This document shows positions 41,206-51,129 of a stretch of DNA of 64,000 nucleotides, in pieces. The first letter of the stretch is position 1. Each line of letters opens with the position of its first letter. Source of the DNA: Chloroflexota bacterium (GTDB lineage: Bacteria; Chloroflexota; Dehalococcoidia; Bin125); NCBI GenBank assembly GCA_028874365.1, contig JAPPJZ010000047.1:4306-68305 (forward strand), read 5' to 3'. The translations under genes and the position numbers were made by a program. The notes beneath the pieces were generated by a model. It had not been told where the DNA came from, ran no database searches, and saw only the letters and a list, made by a program, of their open reading frames with translations.

Positions 41206-42624
41206 GTTCAACTCAGCCTGGCTCGGCTGCCGTCCGCCGTAGCGGAAGCTGCTGAACGCGCGCGAGATCCGCTTCGGCGTCGGGCTCTGGTAGACGCGCT
41301 CCAGCGCGTCGGCGAACTGCAGCGGCGTGCGATGAATCGCACGGATCTGACCCTTCGTCTCGGCATGTTCAAGCACATCGAAGTACAACTCCGCAATCGG
41401 AGCGTCGACCTCATGAACCTCTCGTGATCGCCGAAAACGCGAGCGAAGCCCGTCCAGGGCCGACAGGAGATCGCCCTTCAGGTCGGCCTCCGACCAGAGC
41501 GACTCGCGCAGCTCTTCGGTCTCCGACTGCCGCCTGAGGAATCGGCGGAAGAAATAGAAGGCCAGCAGCGCAAAGACCACGACCGCCACAATGCCACCGA
41601 ACACCCGCGAGACCACGATCCCCGCCGTCGGATCCGCCTCTTCGGTCGCTTCTTCCGGCTCCAGCTCCCTGCCGATGCCGCCCTCGGTAACTTCATTGGG
41701 AGGCACGATGTTCTCTGGATTGATCCACTCCCTCACCTGCTCCACGAGCCAGAACAGCGGCCAGAGGATGTAGGAGATCGCGGTAATGATCGCGCGCAGT
41801 ACGACCCCCAGGACATTGAGCACCGGCTCGACCGCCCCGGACCCGGCGATCAGTCCGACCAAGCCGGTCACGAGTAAGAGGAAGATCGCCACGCCGAGCA
41901 CGAGAGCAATCAGCGTCGCCGCGACCGATGCACCCGTCTGCGCAACGCCCAATCCCTGGACTTGGTCCGAGTTGGCGGCGTTCTTCAGCGCGATCGTGAT
42001 CAGTCCCGTCACCACCCAGACGATCGCCAGCGTGCGAACGTGATCCTCGATCCCCGCGTTGTCCGCCATAGGAAACGAGGCAACCAGCACGAACAGGCCG
42101 AACAGCGCGTAGTTGGAGAAGGATCGATCCATCAACGCGCTGCTGCCCAGCGCGACCCCGCGGAACCAGATCGGGATCAGCATCAGCGCTGCAAACAGCT
42201 GGTCGATCTCGCCCGCAATCACGGTCCCGTCTTCGAGCACCACCTGCTCGCGCCAGACCAGGCTGGACGGCCGTCCTAACTCCAGCACCCAGGACATGTT
42301 CCAGATCCGAGCGTCTTCCGACAGGTCGACCGAGCCGATGATCTGCAGCACGACCAGGGTGATCCCCAGCCCCCACCAGAAGCGCTGCTTCATGCTCAGC
42401 TCGCGGCTGCCGAGCCAGCGCGAGACGAGGAAGCCCAACGCCAGCGTCCCCCCGACCGCCCAGACCGAGAGCGTCTCCCCCGCGTCGTACGAGATCAGCC
42501 GCGGGATTAGCTTGGCCAGAAGGACCAACAGGACGGCCTCGCCGATCAACAGCGAGATCGTGTACGCCCACTCCATCCGCTCGCGGGAAGCGCCGCGCGT
42601 CAAGGCCTGTGCCGCAGCGCTCAC
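41161..42624 (-). CDS. Multi-TM protein with C-terminal DUF4129-like domain
   Basis: Many TM segments; TPLQFA...FRYG tail; follows the MoxR-DUF58 pair. Confidence 0.7.
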   Translation of the reverse strand: MSAAAQALTRGASRERMEWAYTISLLIGEAVLLVLLAKLIPRLISYDAGETLSVWAVGGTLALGFLVSRWLGSRELSMKQRFWWGLGITLVVLQIIGSVDLSEDARIWNMSWVLELGRPSSLVWREQVVLEDGTVIAGEIDQLFAALMLIPIWFRGVALGSSALMDRSFSNYALFGLFVLVASFPMADNAGIEDHVRTLAIVWVVTGLITIALKNAANSDQVQGLGVAQTGASVAATLIALVLGVAIFLLLVTGLVGLIAGSGAVEPVLNVLGVVLRAIITAISYILWPLFWLVEQVREWINPENIVPPNEVTEGGIGRELEPEEATEEADPTAGIVVSRVFGGIVAVVVFALLAFYFFRRFLRRQSETEELRESLWSEADLKGDLLSALDGLRSRFRRSREVHEVDAPIAELYFDVLEHAETKGQIRAIHRTPLQFADALERVYQSPTPKRISRAFSSFRYGGRQPSQAELNSMQQSWDALKDGPS

Positions 42625-44207
42625 GACTGACGGTCCGGTCTCGACCAGGGGCTATCCGGCTGCGCCGCCCCCGACGGCATGGACGACGGCATGGTTGACG
42701 GCACGGACGAAGGCGTGCTGGTTGCCAGTTCCGGTTCCCGGTCGAGCCGGTCGAGGGCGCCGTCCGCATCGTCCGCACCGACGAACGAGGGCAAATCGAC
42801 GTCCTCGACGGGGTCCGGCGGTCGCGCGGTGGCGTACAAACGGTCCGTCCGAGCCCACGGTCCGGCTTCGCCGACCCGCTCGTAGTGCAAGCCCTCCAGC
42901 GCGCTGCGAACGTCGTAGACGGGCGAATCGGCGAACCTCGCAGGCGGGTCCTCGATCCCGACGTAAATCAGCCCGATCTGTGCGCCGTGCCGCTTGAGCC
43001 GCAGCAAGGATGACTCCAAAGCCGGCGTCAGCACCGCCGTGACCAGCGCCAGCGTCGAGCCGTAGGTCAGCCGCTCCTCACTCAGCATCCGCTCGATCCT
43101 GACCAGGGTGAACACGTCCGCCATCGCCAGCGCTTCGAGAATCTTGGTCATCTGCCCCGGCGATCTGGACGCCGGCACGCGAATCGCCGTGTCGTGCCCG
43201 GGCCACGTGCAGTTGGCCAGTAGTCCGACCGGCACTCGGTCGTCGGCAAAGTCGTTCGCCAGCGACGCCGCGACCGAGACAGCGCGCTCGAAAATATCCC
43301 CGAAGAATCCCTGCCAGGCATGCGGCAGCGTCGAAACGTTGAGCGCGACCATCGCAATCAGGTCGCTGGACGGGTCGTAAACGCGCGACTGCAGTTCCTG
43401 CCGTCGCGCCGTCGCCTTCCAGTCCACCCGCTTGAGCGGGTCGCCGGGGCGGTAGTCGCGAATGGTCTGCAAACGGGTTGGGTCCTCAAACAACCTCTGA
43501 CCACCGCGCTGCTCTCCCTGCGGGCGCATCCTGGGCACGCCCAGGCGCTCGAGTGCGATTACCTCCGGGTACACCCAGAGCGTGTGCTCGGTCTCGTCGG
43601 TGCGCTCGCGACGATAGATCCCGAACAGGTCGCCCGACTTGAGGTCGATCCGCGCGAGCTGGAAGTGACCGCGGGTGATCAGCGGAATGTCGAATGACCA
43701 CGTCAGACGCTCGTACCAGCGCATCGACGTGCTGCGAACCACGACCCCTTCCTGCGGCGCCGACTCGTGCAGCCGGCTGAACGGCTGGTTGGACGGTTCG
43801 AGGATCTCCGGCAGGTTGATCCGAACCTGCAGCGCCGTCAGCGGAACGATCTTACGGTTCTCCAGGCGCAACGTCAGGCCCAGCGTCTCGCCGACGAAGG
43901 CGTGGGTCTGCGAAATCTCAACCTTCGAGATCAGTCGTTCGAGCGCGTAGCGGGTCCAGACCCAGGCGGCCCAGCCCGCGACCAGCACGGTCGCGGCGAC
44001 CAACGAGACGATGATCTCCCCCACCGCAATCCCCAGCAGCACCACGACCACCGTGATCGGCGCCCAGATGGCGCGCAGGATCCGGTTGTCGTGGCGGAAG
44101 CCCCATTTGCCCGCCGCGATCTTCTGCTCTTGTTCGTCGCGCCGCGTCTCCGCCTCGATCTCGGCAAGCAGACCGCCGCCAAGTCCCGCGCCGCCCAACA
44201 TCGACAT
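42621..44207 (-). CDS. DUF58 (VWA-like) MoxR partner
   Basis: RDYRPGDPLKRVDWKATAR, FERAVSVAASL. Confidence 0.88.
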   Translation of the reverse strand: MSMLGGAGLGGGLLAEIEAETRRDEQEQKIAAGKWGFRHDNRILRAIWAPITVVVVLLGIAVGEIIVSLVAATVLVAGWAAWVWTRYALERLISKVEISQTHAFVGETLGLTLRLENRKIVPLTALQVRINLPEILEPSNQPFSRLHESAPQEGVVVRSTSMRWYERLTWSFDIPLITRGHFQLARIDLKSGDLFGIYRRERTDETEHTLWVYPEVIALERLGVPRMRPQGEQRGGQRLFEDPTRLQTIRDYRPGDPLKRVDWKATARRQELQSRVYDPSSDLIAMVALNVSTLPHAWQGFFGDIFERAVSVAASLANDFADDRVPVGLLANCTWPGHDTAIRVPASRSPGQMTKILEALAMADVFTLVRIERMLSEERLTYGSTLALVTAVLTPALESSLLRLKRHGAQIGLIYVGIEDPPARFADSPVYDVRSALEGLHYERVGEAGPWARTDRLYATARPPDPVEDVDLPSFVGADDADGALDRLDREPELATSTPSSVPSTMPSSMPSGAAQPDSPWSRPDRQS

Positions 44208-44236
44208 GCTGGACTCCCTCGGTGTTGTGTTCGGGA

Positions 44237-45220
44237 CTAGCTGCCGGCGGCAGCGGCTTCGATCGGCACCGGCACGCGGCTGAGCATCTGCTCGAGCAGC
44301 GATTCCGGCGTCGACGAGCGCAGACGCGCGTCGGCCGAGAGCATCAACCGGTGCGGCAACACGACACGCGCCATTTCCTGCACGTCGTCGGGCAAAACGA
44401 AGTCCCGTCCGCGGATCGCGGCCAGCGAACGCGTCGTCCGCAACAGGGCCAGCGAAGCCCGCGGCGACGCGCCCAGCTCGAACGCCTTCTCTTCCCTGGA
44501 TGCCTGCACGATCGACACGATGTAGCCCCGCACCGCTTCACTGACCCGAACCTGCTCGACCGTCTTCACCATCTGTCGGAGCCGTTCCGATTCAACCACC
44601 GGATTGAGCTCCTCAAGCGGCTGAGCCCGCTCGAAGCGAAGCAGAATCTGGTCCTCTTCGGCCGCGTCCGGATAACCCATGCGCAGGCGCAGCAGGAAGC
44701 GGTCGAGCTGCGCCTCAGGCAACGGGAACGTGCCCTCGAGCTCGACCGGATTCTGCGTCGCGATCACGAGGAACGGACGCGGCATCGCCATCGTCTCGCC
44801 CTCGACCGTGAGCTGCCGCTCTTCCATCGCCTCCAGCAACGCCGCCTGCGTGCGCGGCGAAGCGCGGTTGATCTCGTCGGCCAACACGAGCTGGGCCAGC
44901 AAGGGGCCGGCTCGAAACTCGAACTCGCCGGACTTCTGGTTGTAAATGTTGACCCCGGTCACATCCGACGGCAGCAGGTCGGGCGTGAACTGGATCCGCC
45001 GGAACGAGCAGCCGATCGAGCGCGCGAACGACTTGGCCAGCATCGTCTTGCCCAGCCCGGGCACGTCGTCGAGCAGGATGTGTCCTTCGGAGAGGATCGC
45101 CGCCAGCGTGTAGTCCAACACTTGCTCGCGGCCCACGATCACGCGGCCCACGTTCTCGCGTACACGAGCTGCCACGTCGGCAACGTCGGAAAGGGTCGGG
45201 GGCAACCCGGAGGTAGTCAC
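44237..45220 (-). CDS. moxR: MoxR family AAA+ ATPase
   Basis: DVPGLGKT, RIQFTPDLLPSD, DEINRASPRTQ, ATQNP, LPEAQLDRF. Confidence 0.95.
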   Translation of the reverse strand: MTTSGLPPTLSDVADVAARVRENVGRVIVGREQVLDYTLAAILSEGHILLDDVPGLGKTMLAKSFARSIGCSFRRIQFTPDLLPSDVTGVNIYNQKSGEFEFRAGPLLAQLVLADEINRASPRTQAALLEAMEERQLTVEGETMAMPRPFLVIATQNPVELEGTFPLPEAQLDRFLLRLRMGYPDAAEEDQILLRFERAQPLEELNPVVESERLRQMVKTVEQVRVSEAVRGYIVSIVQASREEKAFELGASPRASLALLRTTRSLAAIRGRDFVLPDDVQEMARVVLPHRLMLSADARLRSSTPESLLEQMLSRVPVPIEAAAAGS

Positions 45221-45322
45221 CAGAGCAGCGTATCAGCAGGCTATTGGCCGTCCGCGTGCCGCTGGCGAGTACCATCTGACCGACGCGGGCACAGCGAACA
45301 ACCTCAGCGGAATGGGGGCGAA

Positions 45323-46588
45323 ATGCGGGCGGAAATCATCAGCATCGGCACCGAAATCCTGATGGGCGAAATCCTCGACACCAACGCCAACTTCATGGCT
45401 CAGCGCCTGCCCTCGATGGGCATAGATCTCTACTTCATGCACCAGATCGGCGACAACAGGGAACGCCTCGTCGAGCTGATCCAGACGGCCAGGCAACGTT
45501 CGGACGTGGTCATCCTCACCGGCGGTCTCGGCCCCACCGAGGACGACATCACCCGCGACGCCATCGCCGAATCGGTCGGCGAAGAGGCCTACGTCGTCCC
45601 CGAGCTCGAATCGCATCTGCGCAACTTCTTCGAGCGCCGCGGCGGACGCATGCCCGAGCAGAACGTCAAACAGGCGACGATCATCCCGTCCGGCGAATCG
45701 ATCCCCAACCCGCGCGGTACCGCCCCCGGTTGGTGGGTCGAGAAGGACGGCGCGATCATCGTCGCCATGCCCGGACCGCCCGCGGAGATGACCGGCATGT
45801 GGACCAACGACGTCGCTCCGCGCCTCAAGGCCCGATCCGACGGCACGGTGCTCATCTCTCGAACACTCAAGACCACGGGCCTCGGCGAGTCGATGCTCGA
45901 CGAACTCCTCGGCGACCTGCGCTTCGCCGAAGATCCGACCGTCGGCGTCTACCACAAGGCCGACGGAGTCCACGTGCGCCTCGCCTCCAAGGCGATGTAC
46001 GAGGACATCGCCCGAGACCGGATCAAGCCCGTCGAGCAGGAGATCCGCTCCATGCTCGGCGAAGCGATCTGGGGCGCCGATGACGACACCTTCCAGGAAG
46101 CGGTTGGCTCATTGCTCAAGGACCGTGGCCTGTCGATCGCCGTGATGGAGTCCTGCACCGGAGGCCTCCTGGCCAGCACGATCACCGACGTGCCCGGCGC
46201 CAGCTCCTACTTCCGCGGCGGCCTCGTTTCCTACACCGCCGAAGCGAAGATTCAGTACGGCGTCGACGCCTCCGTGATTGAAGAGCACGGCGTCGTCTCC
46301 AACGAGACCGCCACCGCCATGGCCGGCGCCGTCCGACGCCAGTTCAACGCCGACATCGGCGTCGGCATCACCGGCGTGGCCGGCCCCGAACCGCACGGCG
46401 GCCAGCCAGTCGGCGCCGTCTGCCTCGGTATCGAGACCCAGGATGAGAGCTACGCGACCGGCTACACCTTCGCCCAGACTCGCGCCGCCATCAAAGCCCG
46501 CGCGGTCACCTCCGCCCTCACCCTGATCCGCCGCGCCGCCCTCGGCGAGCTGATGACCGGCTCCTCAGGCGTCTACCGCCGCCTGTAG
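45323..46588 (+). CDS. cinA: CinA (MoCF domain plus NMN deamidase PncC domain), 421 aa
   Basis: IGTEILMGEILDTN, GGLGPTEDDIT, PGPPAEM, ESCTGG, GITGVAGP. Confidence 0.93.
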   Translation: MRAEIISIGTEILMGEILDTNANFMAQRLPSMGIDLYFMHQIGDNRERLVELIQTARQRSDVVILTGGLGPTEDDITRDAIAESVGEEAYVVPELESHLRNFFERRGGRMPEQNVKQATIIPSGESIPNPRGTAPGWWVEKDGAIIVAMPGPPAEMTGMWTNDVAPRLKARSDGTVLISRTLKTTGLGESMLDELLGDLRFAEDPTVGVYHKADGVHVRLASKAMYEDIARDRIKPVEQEIRSMLGEAIWGADDDTFQEAVGSLLKDRGLSIAVMESCTGGLLASTITDVPGASSYFRGGLVSYTAEAKIQYGVDASVIEEHGVVSNETATAMAGAVRRQFNADIGVGITGVAGPEPHGGQPVGAVCLGIETQDESYATGYTFAQTRAAIKARAVTSALTLIRRAALGELMTGSSGVYRRL

Positions 46589-46591
46589 GCC

Positions 46592-47098
46592 ATGAACGCG
46601 CTCGATCCTGATCGTCGGCAGCCGGCCCAGAGCGAAACAACGCTCAGCGTTGCTGCGTGGCACCTGCAGGTGTTGCTCTCGGCCCTTGCCAATCTCGACA
46701 CCAAGATTATGTTCGTGACGGCTCTCAATGTCGCTGGCTTGAGCGCGTTGATCGGTGTCACCGTCACAGCCAATCCGGTCAACTGGCTGTTCTGGCTCGG
46801 TCTCGTTGCCTCGGGCCTGGCCGTGCTGTTGGGTTTTGCTCGACTCTAGTCAGCGGAATCGGAACAGTTCCCATCTCCGATTGAGGCGTTCCGAACATCC
46901 GTAGCGGTAATGAACAGTGTGCCTTCTGAGCTTCAGGAGTCTCGAGAAAGGATTGAGAACTTCCATACCATTCAGGCAGCGAGCTACAAGCTCACTCAGG
47001 ATCTCCGACGACGACACTGGTTGTTGAGAGCCTTGATGCTCCTGAGCGCCCTATCGCTCACGATCGCCGCCGCTGCCACGGTCACAGCGTTGGCGTGA
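46592..47098 (+). pseudogene. 3-TM membrane protein interrupted by one in-frame TAG (46847..46849)
   Basis: ORFs 46592..46849 and 46910..47098 share a frame and the 20 intervening codons are open; 168 codons in total. Lower GC than the flanks. Confidence 0.65.
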
Positions 47099-47107
47099 CG
47101 TGAGGGG

Positions 47108-47248
47108 CTAGGTAACGGTCTTGCCAGGCTTTCCGTGGGTCGGTAGGGACGCGACGAATGTCTCGTACTCGGCGCGCATTTTGCTCGTCTCTCGACCGAA
47201 GGCGTACCACAGCACCACTTCCACCGCGTTCTTCAACCAGGCCTTCAT
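47108..47248 (-). CDS. Small hypothetical protein, 46 aa (not in ORF track)
   Basis: GGAGG 5 nt before ATG; MKAWLKNAVEVVLWYAFGRETSKMRAEYETFVASLPTHGKPGKTVT; starts 15 nt after the MBL stop. Confidence 0.5.
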   Translation of the reverse strand: MKAWLKNAVEVVLWYAFGRETSKMRAEYETFVASLPTHGKPGKTVT

Positions 47249-47263
47249 CTCGTCCTCCGATAC

Positions 47264-48295
47264 TTAGGGTAACCGAATCGCCAACAACCCATCGACATCC
47301 TCCTCAACCGCCTCACCGCTCACCACGAGCGCATCGATGTGACCCGTCACCTCCGCCAGAGCCTGCCACAACCGCCGATCCGGCAGCCGACTGAACATCG
47401 TCATCAATAGCTCATACGGCGTCCGCGGACCCTCGCCGAGCATCTCGCGCAGTTGACCCTGCCGCTTGCGATGATGGCGTCGCACCCGCTCAATCTCCTC
47501 CGCCACCTCGTCCGACGGCTCACGATGACCCGGGTACAGATGCTCCACATCGAGCGCCTCGATCCGATCGAGCGAGTCGGCGAACGCCGGCAGGCTGCGG
47601 AAGCGTTCCGGCGGCTCTGCCGAGATGTCCCAGTGCCAGCCCGGGTTGGAGTTCAGCCCCGGAATCACCTGATCCCCGCTAAACAGCGCCCCGGTCTCAG
47701 GCTCGAAGAAGACGCAGTTCCCCGGCGTGTGGCCCGGCGCCGAGACCAGGACGATCCTCCGATCGCCCAGCCGGATCTCGGCCCCGTCCGACAACTCCTC
47801 GTCGGCGCGGAAGGGCGTACCGCGAATCAAGCCCGGCCAGCGCTCGCGTCTGACGCCGCCGCCCGCGTTGTCTCCCGAGCGGTAAGCCCGGCGCATCTTC
47901 TCGCGCGCCTCAATGAAGCCCGTGATCCGCTCCTCCGGCACCCCGACCCGGCGCATGTGTTCAAACACGTACTGCGTCTGGTAACCGATGATGTTGCGCC
48001 CATGCAGGAACGACTGAGCCTCCAACTCCGAGGCCACAACCGATACGCCCCCCTCCTGCCAGCGAAACGCGAGCCCGCAGTGGTCGATATGAGCGTGCGT
48101 GATCGCGACGTATCTGACGTCGCCGATATGCAGACCGGCCGCGTCGAGCTGCGCCGCGAGCGCATCCCACGCACCGTCGTAATCGGGACCGGCATCGATC
48201 ATGATCACGCCGTCCGAGGTCGGCAGCGCGTAGGCCCAGTTATCCCCCAGCGCAATCGGCAGAACGCCGTGCTCCGTGATCATCGAGTCCGACAC
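47264..48295 (-). CDS. MBL-fold metallo-hydrolase
   Basis: THAHIDHCG, APGHTPG, FSGD, PGH. Confidence 0.9.
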   Translation of the reverse strand: MSDSMITEHGVLPIALGDNWAYALPTSDGVIMIDAGPDYDGAWDALAAQLDAAGLHIGDVRYVAITHAHIDHCGLAFRWQEGGVSVVASELEAQSFLHGRNIIGYQTQYVFEHMRRVGVPEERITGFIEAREKMRRAYRSGDNAGGGVRRERWPGLIRGTPFRADEELSDGAEIRLGDRRIVLVSAPGHTPGNCVFFEPETGALFSGDQVIPGLNSNPGWHWDISAEPPERFRSLPAFADSLDRIEALDVEHLYPGHREPSDEVAEEIERVRRHHRKRQGQLREMLGEGPRTPYELLMTMFSRLPDRRLWQALAEVTGHIDALVVSGEAVEEDVDGLLAIRLP

Positions 48296-48299
48296 CCGG

Positions 48300-49691
48300 T
48301 CAGGCCTGCGGCCGGTCGTTTTGCTCGGTTGGCGTCGGTGGCTCGTCTTCGGACTCGCTGCTGCGGGTCGTGGACTCCAGTCCCGGAATGTTCTTGATGC
48401 TGCCCACGATGTCGATGCCGGTCAGCGACTCGATCACCTCGGGAACCTGCGCCACTGTCCGCGTGATGTCGCGGGTCAGGTTGCTGGCGCCGGTCCCGCC
48501 GTCACCGCCACCGCCGAACATCACAATCCGGTCCGTGCGCGACAACGGCTGCGCGACCGCCTCGGCAACTGCCGGCAACGTCTCTAGCACCTGCTGCACA
48601 ACTGCAGCCTCGCCATATTGCTTCCAGGCTTCCGCCTTCAGCTGCATGGCGGCGGCTTCGGCAGCGCCCTTGGCCTCGATCGCTTCGGCCTCGGCCTGTC
48701 CGGTGAGGCGGATCACCTCGGCCTGCGCCTCGCCCTGACGGCGCGTCGCTTCGGCGTCGGCCGTCGCTTGCGCCACGACTGCGTTGCGCTCGCCCTCGGC
48801 CAGAGTCTCGATTCGGTAGCGTTCCGCCTCCGCTGGTTTGCGCACCGTCGCTTCCAACTCCCGCTCGCGGCGCTGGATCTCCTGTTCCTGCAACTCGATC
48901 TGCTTGGCGCGCTCAACGACATCGATCTCGACCTCTTCGCGACGGATCTCCTGCTGCGTCTTCGCTCGCTGTAGTTCATCGGCCAGCTCAGCCTCCGCTC
49001 GGCGCGCATTGACCTCCTGGTCATACGCCGCCTTCTGCACGTTGTAGCCGCGCTCCGACTCCGCAATTCGCGTCTCCGCCTCGAATGTCGCGGCCTCCTG
49101 TTCGCGCTTGGCTTCCGCCGAACGGATCCCGGCATCACGTTCTGCCTCAGCCTGACCGATCGTCGCATCACGACGGACCTCAGCCGTTCGTCGCACCCCG
49201 AGCGCATCGAGATAGCCGCCCGGATCCTTGATGTCGCGGATCGTGAACGACACAATCTCCAGACCCATGCCGGCCAGGTCCGGCGAGGCGACGGTGCGTA
49301 CCTGCGACGCGAACTTCTCCCGATCCTGGTAGATGTCCTCCATCGTCATCGTGCCCAGGATGGCTCGCTGGTGGCCCTCCAGCGTTTGCAGCGGCACATC
49401 CATGACCTCGATCTCGGTCTTGCCCAGGAACTGCTGTGCCGCCGTCCGGATCGCCTCCTCCGAGCGCGCCACCTTCACCTGCGCCACACCGTCCACCGAC
49501 ACCGCCACGCCTTCGCCCGTGTACACGTTCTCGGTCTTCACATGTAGCGTCATCACGCTCAACGGGAGCCGCTGCGATCGGTGAAATATCGGCATCACGA
49601 TCGTCCGCCCGCCGACCACAACTTTCGGCTGCTCGCCCCCTCCCGAGCGCACCAGCGCCTCGTTCGGTCCAACAGTTTGAATCACGCCCAT
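48300..49691 (-). CDS. Flotillin (SPFH) family protein
   Basis: GPNEALVRSG, LEGHQRAILGTM, EAE/AEA coiled-coil repeats. Confidence 0.93.
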   Translation of the reverse strand: MGVIQTVGPNEALVRSGGGEQPKVVVGGRTIVMPIFHRSQRLPLSVMTLHVKTENVYTGEGVAVSVDGVAQVKVARSEEAIRTAAQQFLGKTEIEVMDVPLQTLEGHQRAILGTMTMEDIYQDREKFASQVRTVASPDLAGMGLEIVSFTIRDIKDPGGYLDALGVRRTAEVRRDATIGQAEAERDAGIRSAEAKREQEAATFEAETRIAESERGYNVQKAAYDQEVNARRAEAELADELQRAKTQQEIRREEVEIDVVERAKQIELQEQEIQRRERELEATVRKPAEAERYRIETLAEGERNAVVAQATADAEATRRQGEAQAEVIRLTGQAEAEAIEAKGAAEAAAMQLKAEAWKQYGEAAVVQQVLETLPAVAEAVAQPLSRTDRIVMFGGGGDGGTGASNLTRDITRTVAQVPEVIESLTGIDIVGSIKNIPGLESTTRSSESEDEPPTPTEQNDRPQA

Positions 49692-49692
49692 G

Positions 49693-51111
49693 TCAGTCTT
49701 CCCTTCGTTGCCTGATCAAGTGTGCCAGCGAGAATCGCGTCAAGCGATCTCGCCACGAGCGTCCCGCCAACTCCGACGGGGCGTCTTCCGGGTCGACCAC
49801 CTTCAGGACGCCGCCGGCGTAGACGCCGGTCACGACGACCGGCTCGCCGGCGCCGATGTTGTCGCCTTCGGTCATCGCTGTGAATTGCTCCCCGTCGACG
49901 AGGATCTCACCGCTCGGATTGAGGATATCGACGACCGTACCCTGCTGAGCGATCAGCCGCCGCTCGTGCTCCGGGATGAACGCCTCGGACTTGCCGCCGC
50001 CTCGACCCAGGATCCAGAACACGGCGATCACGGACACCGTCACAGCTCCGAACAACGCCAGCACCCAGCGAGAAATCTCAAGCGGATCGTCGAGCGCCGT
50101 CGGCTCGGGGAAGATCTCGCCGAACAGCAGGAATCCGGCAAGCACCCAGCAGATGACGGCTCCGATCCCCGCCCAGCCGAAGCCGTCCAACTGCGACTCC
50201 AACAGCAACAGCAGAATCCCGGCCACCAGCAAGATGACGCCCGTGAAGTTGACCGGCAGCAGACCGATCCCGGCAAATCCCAGCACCAGCCCTAGCACGC
50301 CAAGCACACCGGGACCAAAGTTGCCGGGATCTCGGATCTCGTAGATCACCCCGTACGTACCCAGCAGGATCAGCGCATAGGTCACGTTCGGATTGGTCAG
50401 GATGTCGAGGAAGCGCTCGACCAGGGAACGTCCAAGCTCGTCGATCTGAGCGCCCGCGGTTCGCAGCGTGCGCGTGCCCGCCGTGGTCGCAATCGATGTC
50501 CCGTCGACCTTGTTGAGCAGCGAATCCAGGTCGACCACCACGTGGTCGATCACGTCGAGGGCAAGCGCCTCGTCGGCGGTGTATGCCTTGGCCTCGAGCA
50601 CCGTTCGTTCGATCGCCTCATAGTTGCGACCGCGCAGGCCGGCGATGCTGCGAATCAGCGCCGTGATGTCTTCGTCGACCTTCTTGCGCAGCGTGGACGG
50701 CAGATCCTCCCCAGTGCCCGTGACCGGCGCCGCGGCCCCGATGTTGGTCGCTGGCGCCATCGCGGCGATGTGCGTCGCGATCGTCACGATCGTCCCCGCC
50801 GAGGCCGCCTGCGCGCCCGACGGCCAGACGTACGCGACAGTTGGGACCGGCGAGTTCAATAACTGTTCGGCCAGATTGCGCATCGAACTGATCAGGCCGC
50901 CAGGAGTATCGATGCGAATGACAAGCGCCTCTGCACCGCGTGATTCGGCCTGGCCGATCACCCGCGAGAGATAGCGCTCGGTGATCGGCTCGATCGGTCC
51001 GTCAATATCCATGACCAGGACCAGTGGCGGCTCGTCTTCCTGTGCCACGGAGTCATGCGGCAGCGACAGTGCGAGCACGCCGAGCAGGACAACCGCCCAT
51101 AGCCAGCGCAC
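49693..51111 (-). CDS. nfeD: NfeD (long form: ClpP-like protease + TM + OB domain)
   Basis: IDTPGG, AASAG, NIGAAAPV, C-terminal OB domain; adjacent to flotillin. Confidence 0.9.
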   Translation of the reverse strand: MRWLWAVVLLGVLALSLPHDSVAQEDEPPLVLVMDIDGPIEPITERYLSRVIGQAESRGAEALVIRIDTPGGLISSMRNLAEQLLNSPVPTVAYVWPSGAQAASAGTIVTIATHIAAMAPATNIGAAAPVTGTGEDLPSTLRKKVDEDITALIRSIAGLRGRNYEAIERTVLEAKAYTADEALALDVIDHVVVDLDSLLNKVDGTSIATTAGTRTLRTAGAQIDELGRSLVERFLDILTNPNVTYALILLGTYGVIYEIRDPGNFGPGVLGVLGLVLGFAGIGLLPVNFTGVILLVAGILLLLLESQLDGFGWAGIGAVICWVLAGFLLFGEIFPEPTALDDPLEISRWVLALFGAVTVSVIAVFWILGRGGGKSEAFIPEHERRLIAQQGTVVDILNPSGEILVDGEQFTAMTEGDNIGAGEPVVVTGVYAGGVLKVVDPEDAPSELAGRSWRDRLTRFSLAHLIRQRRED

Positions 51112-51129
51112 AACCCACCGTCCGTTTCG

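Noticed and set aside
46847-46849. Pyrrolysine read-through of the TAG
   Set aside because: No pyl genes in the window, and the context fits a TGG>TAG nonsense change.
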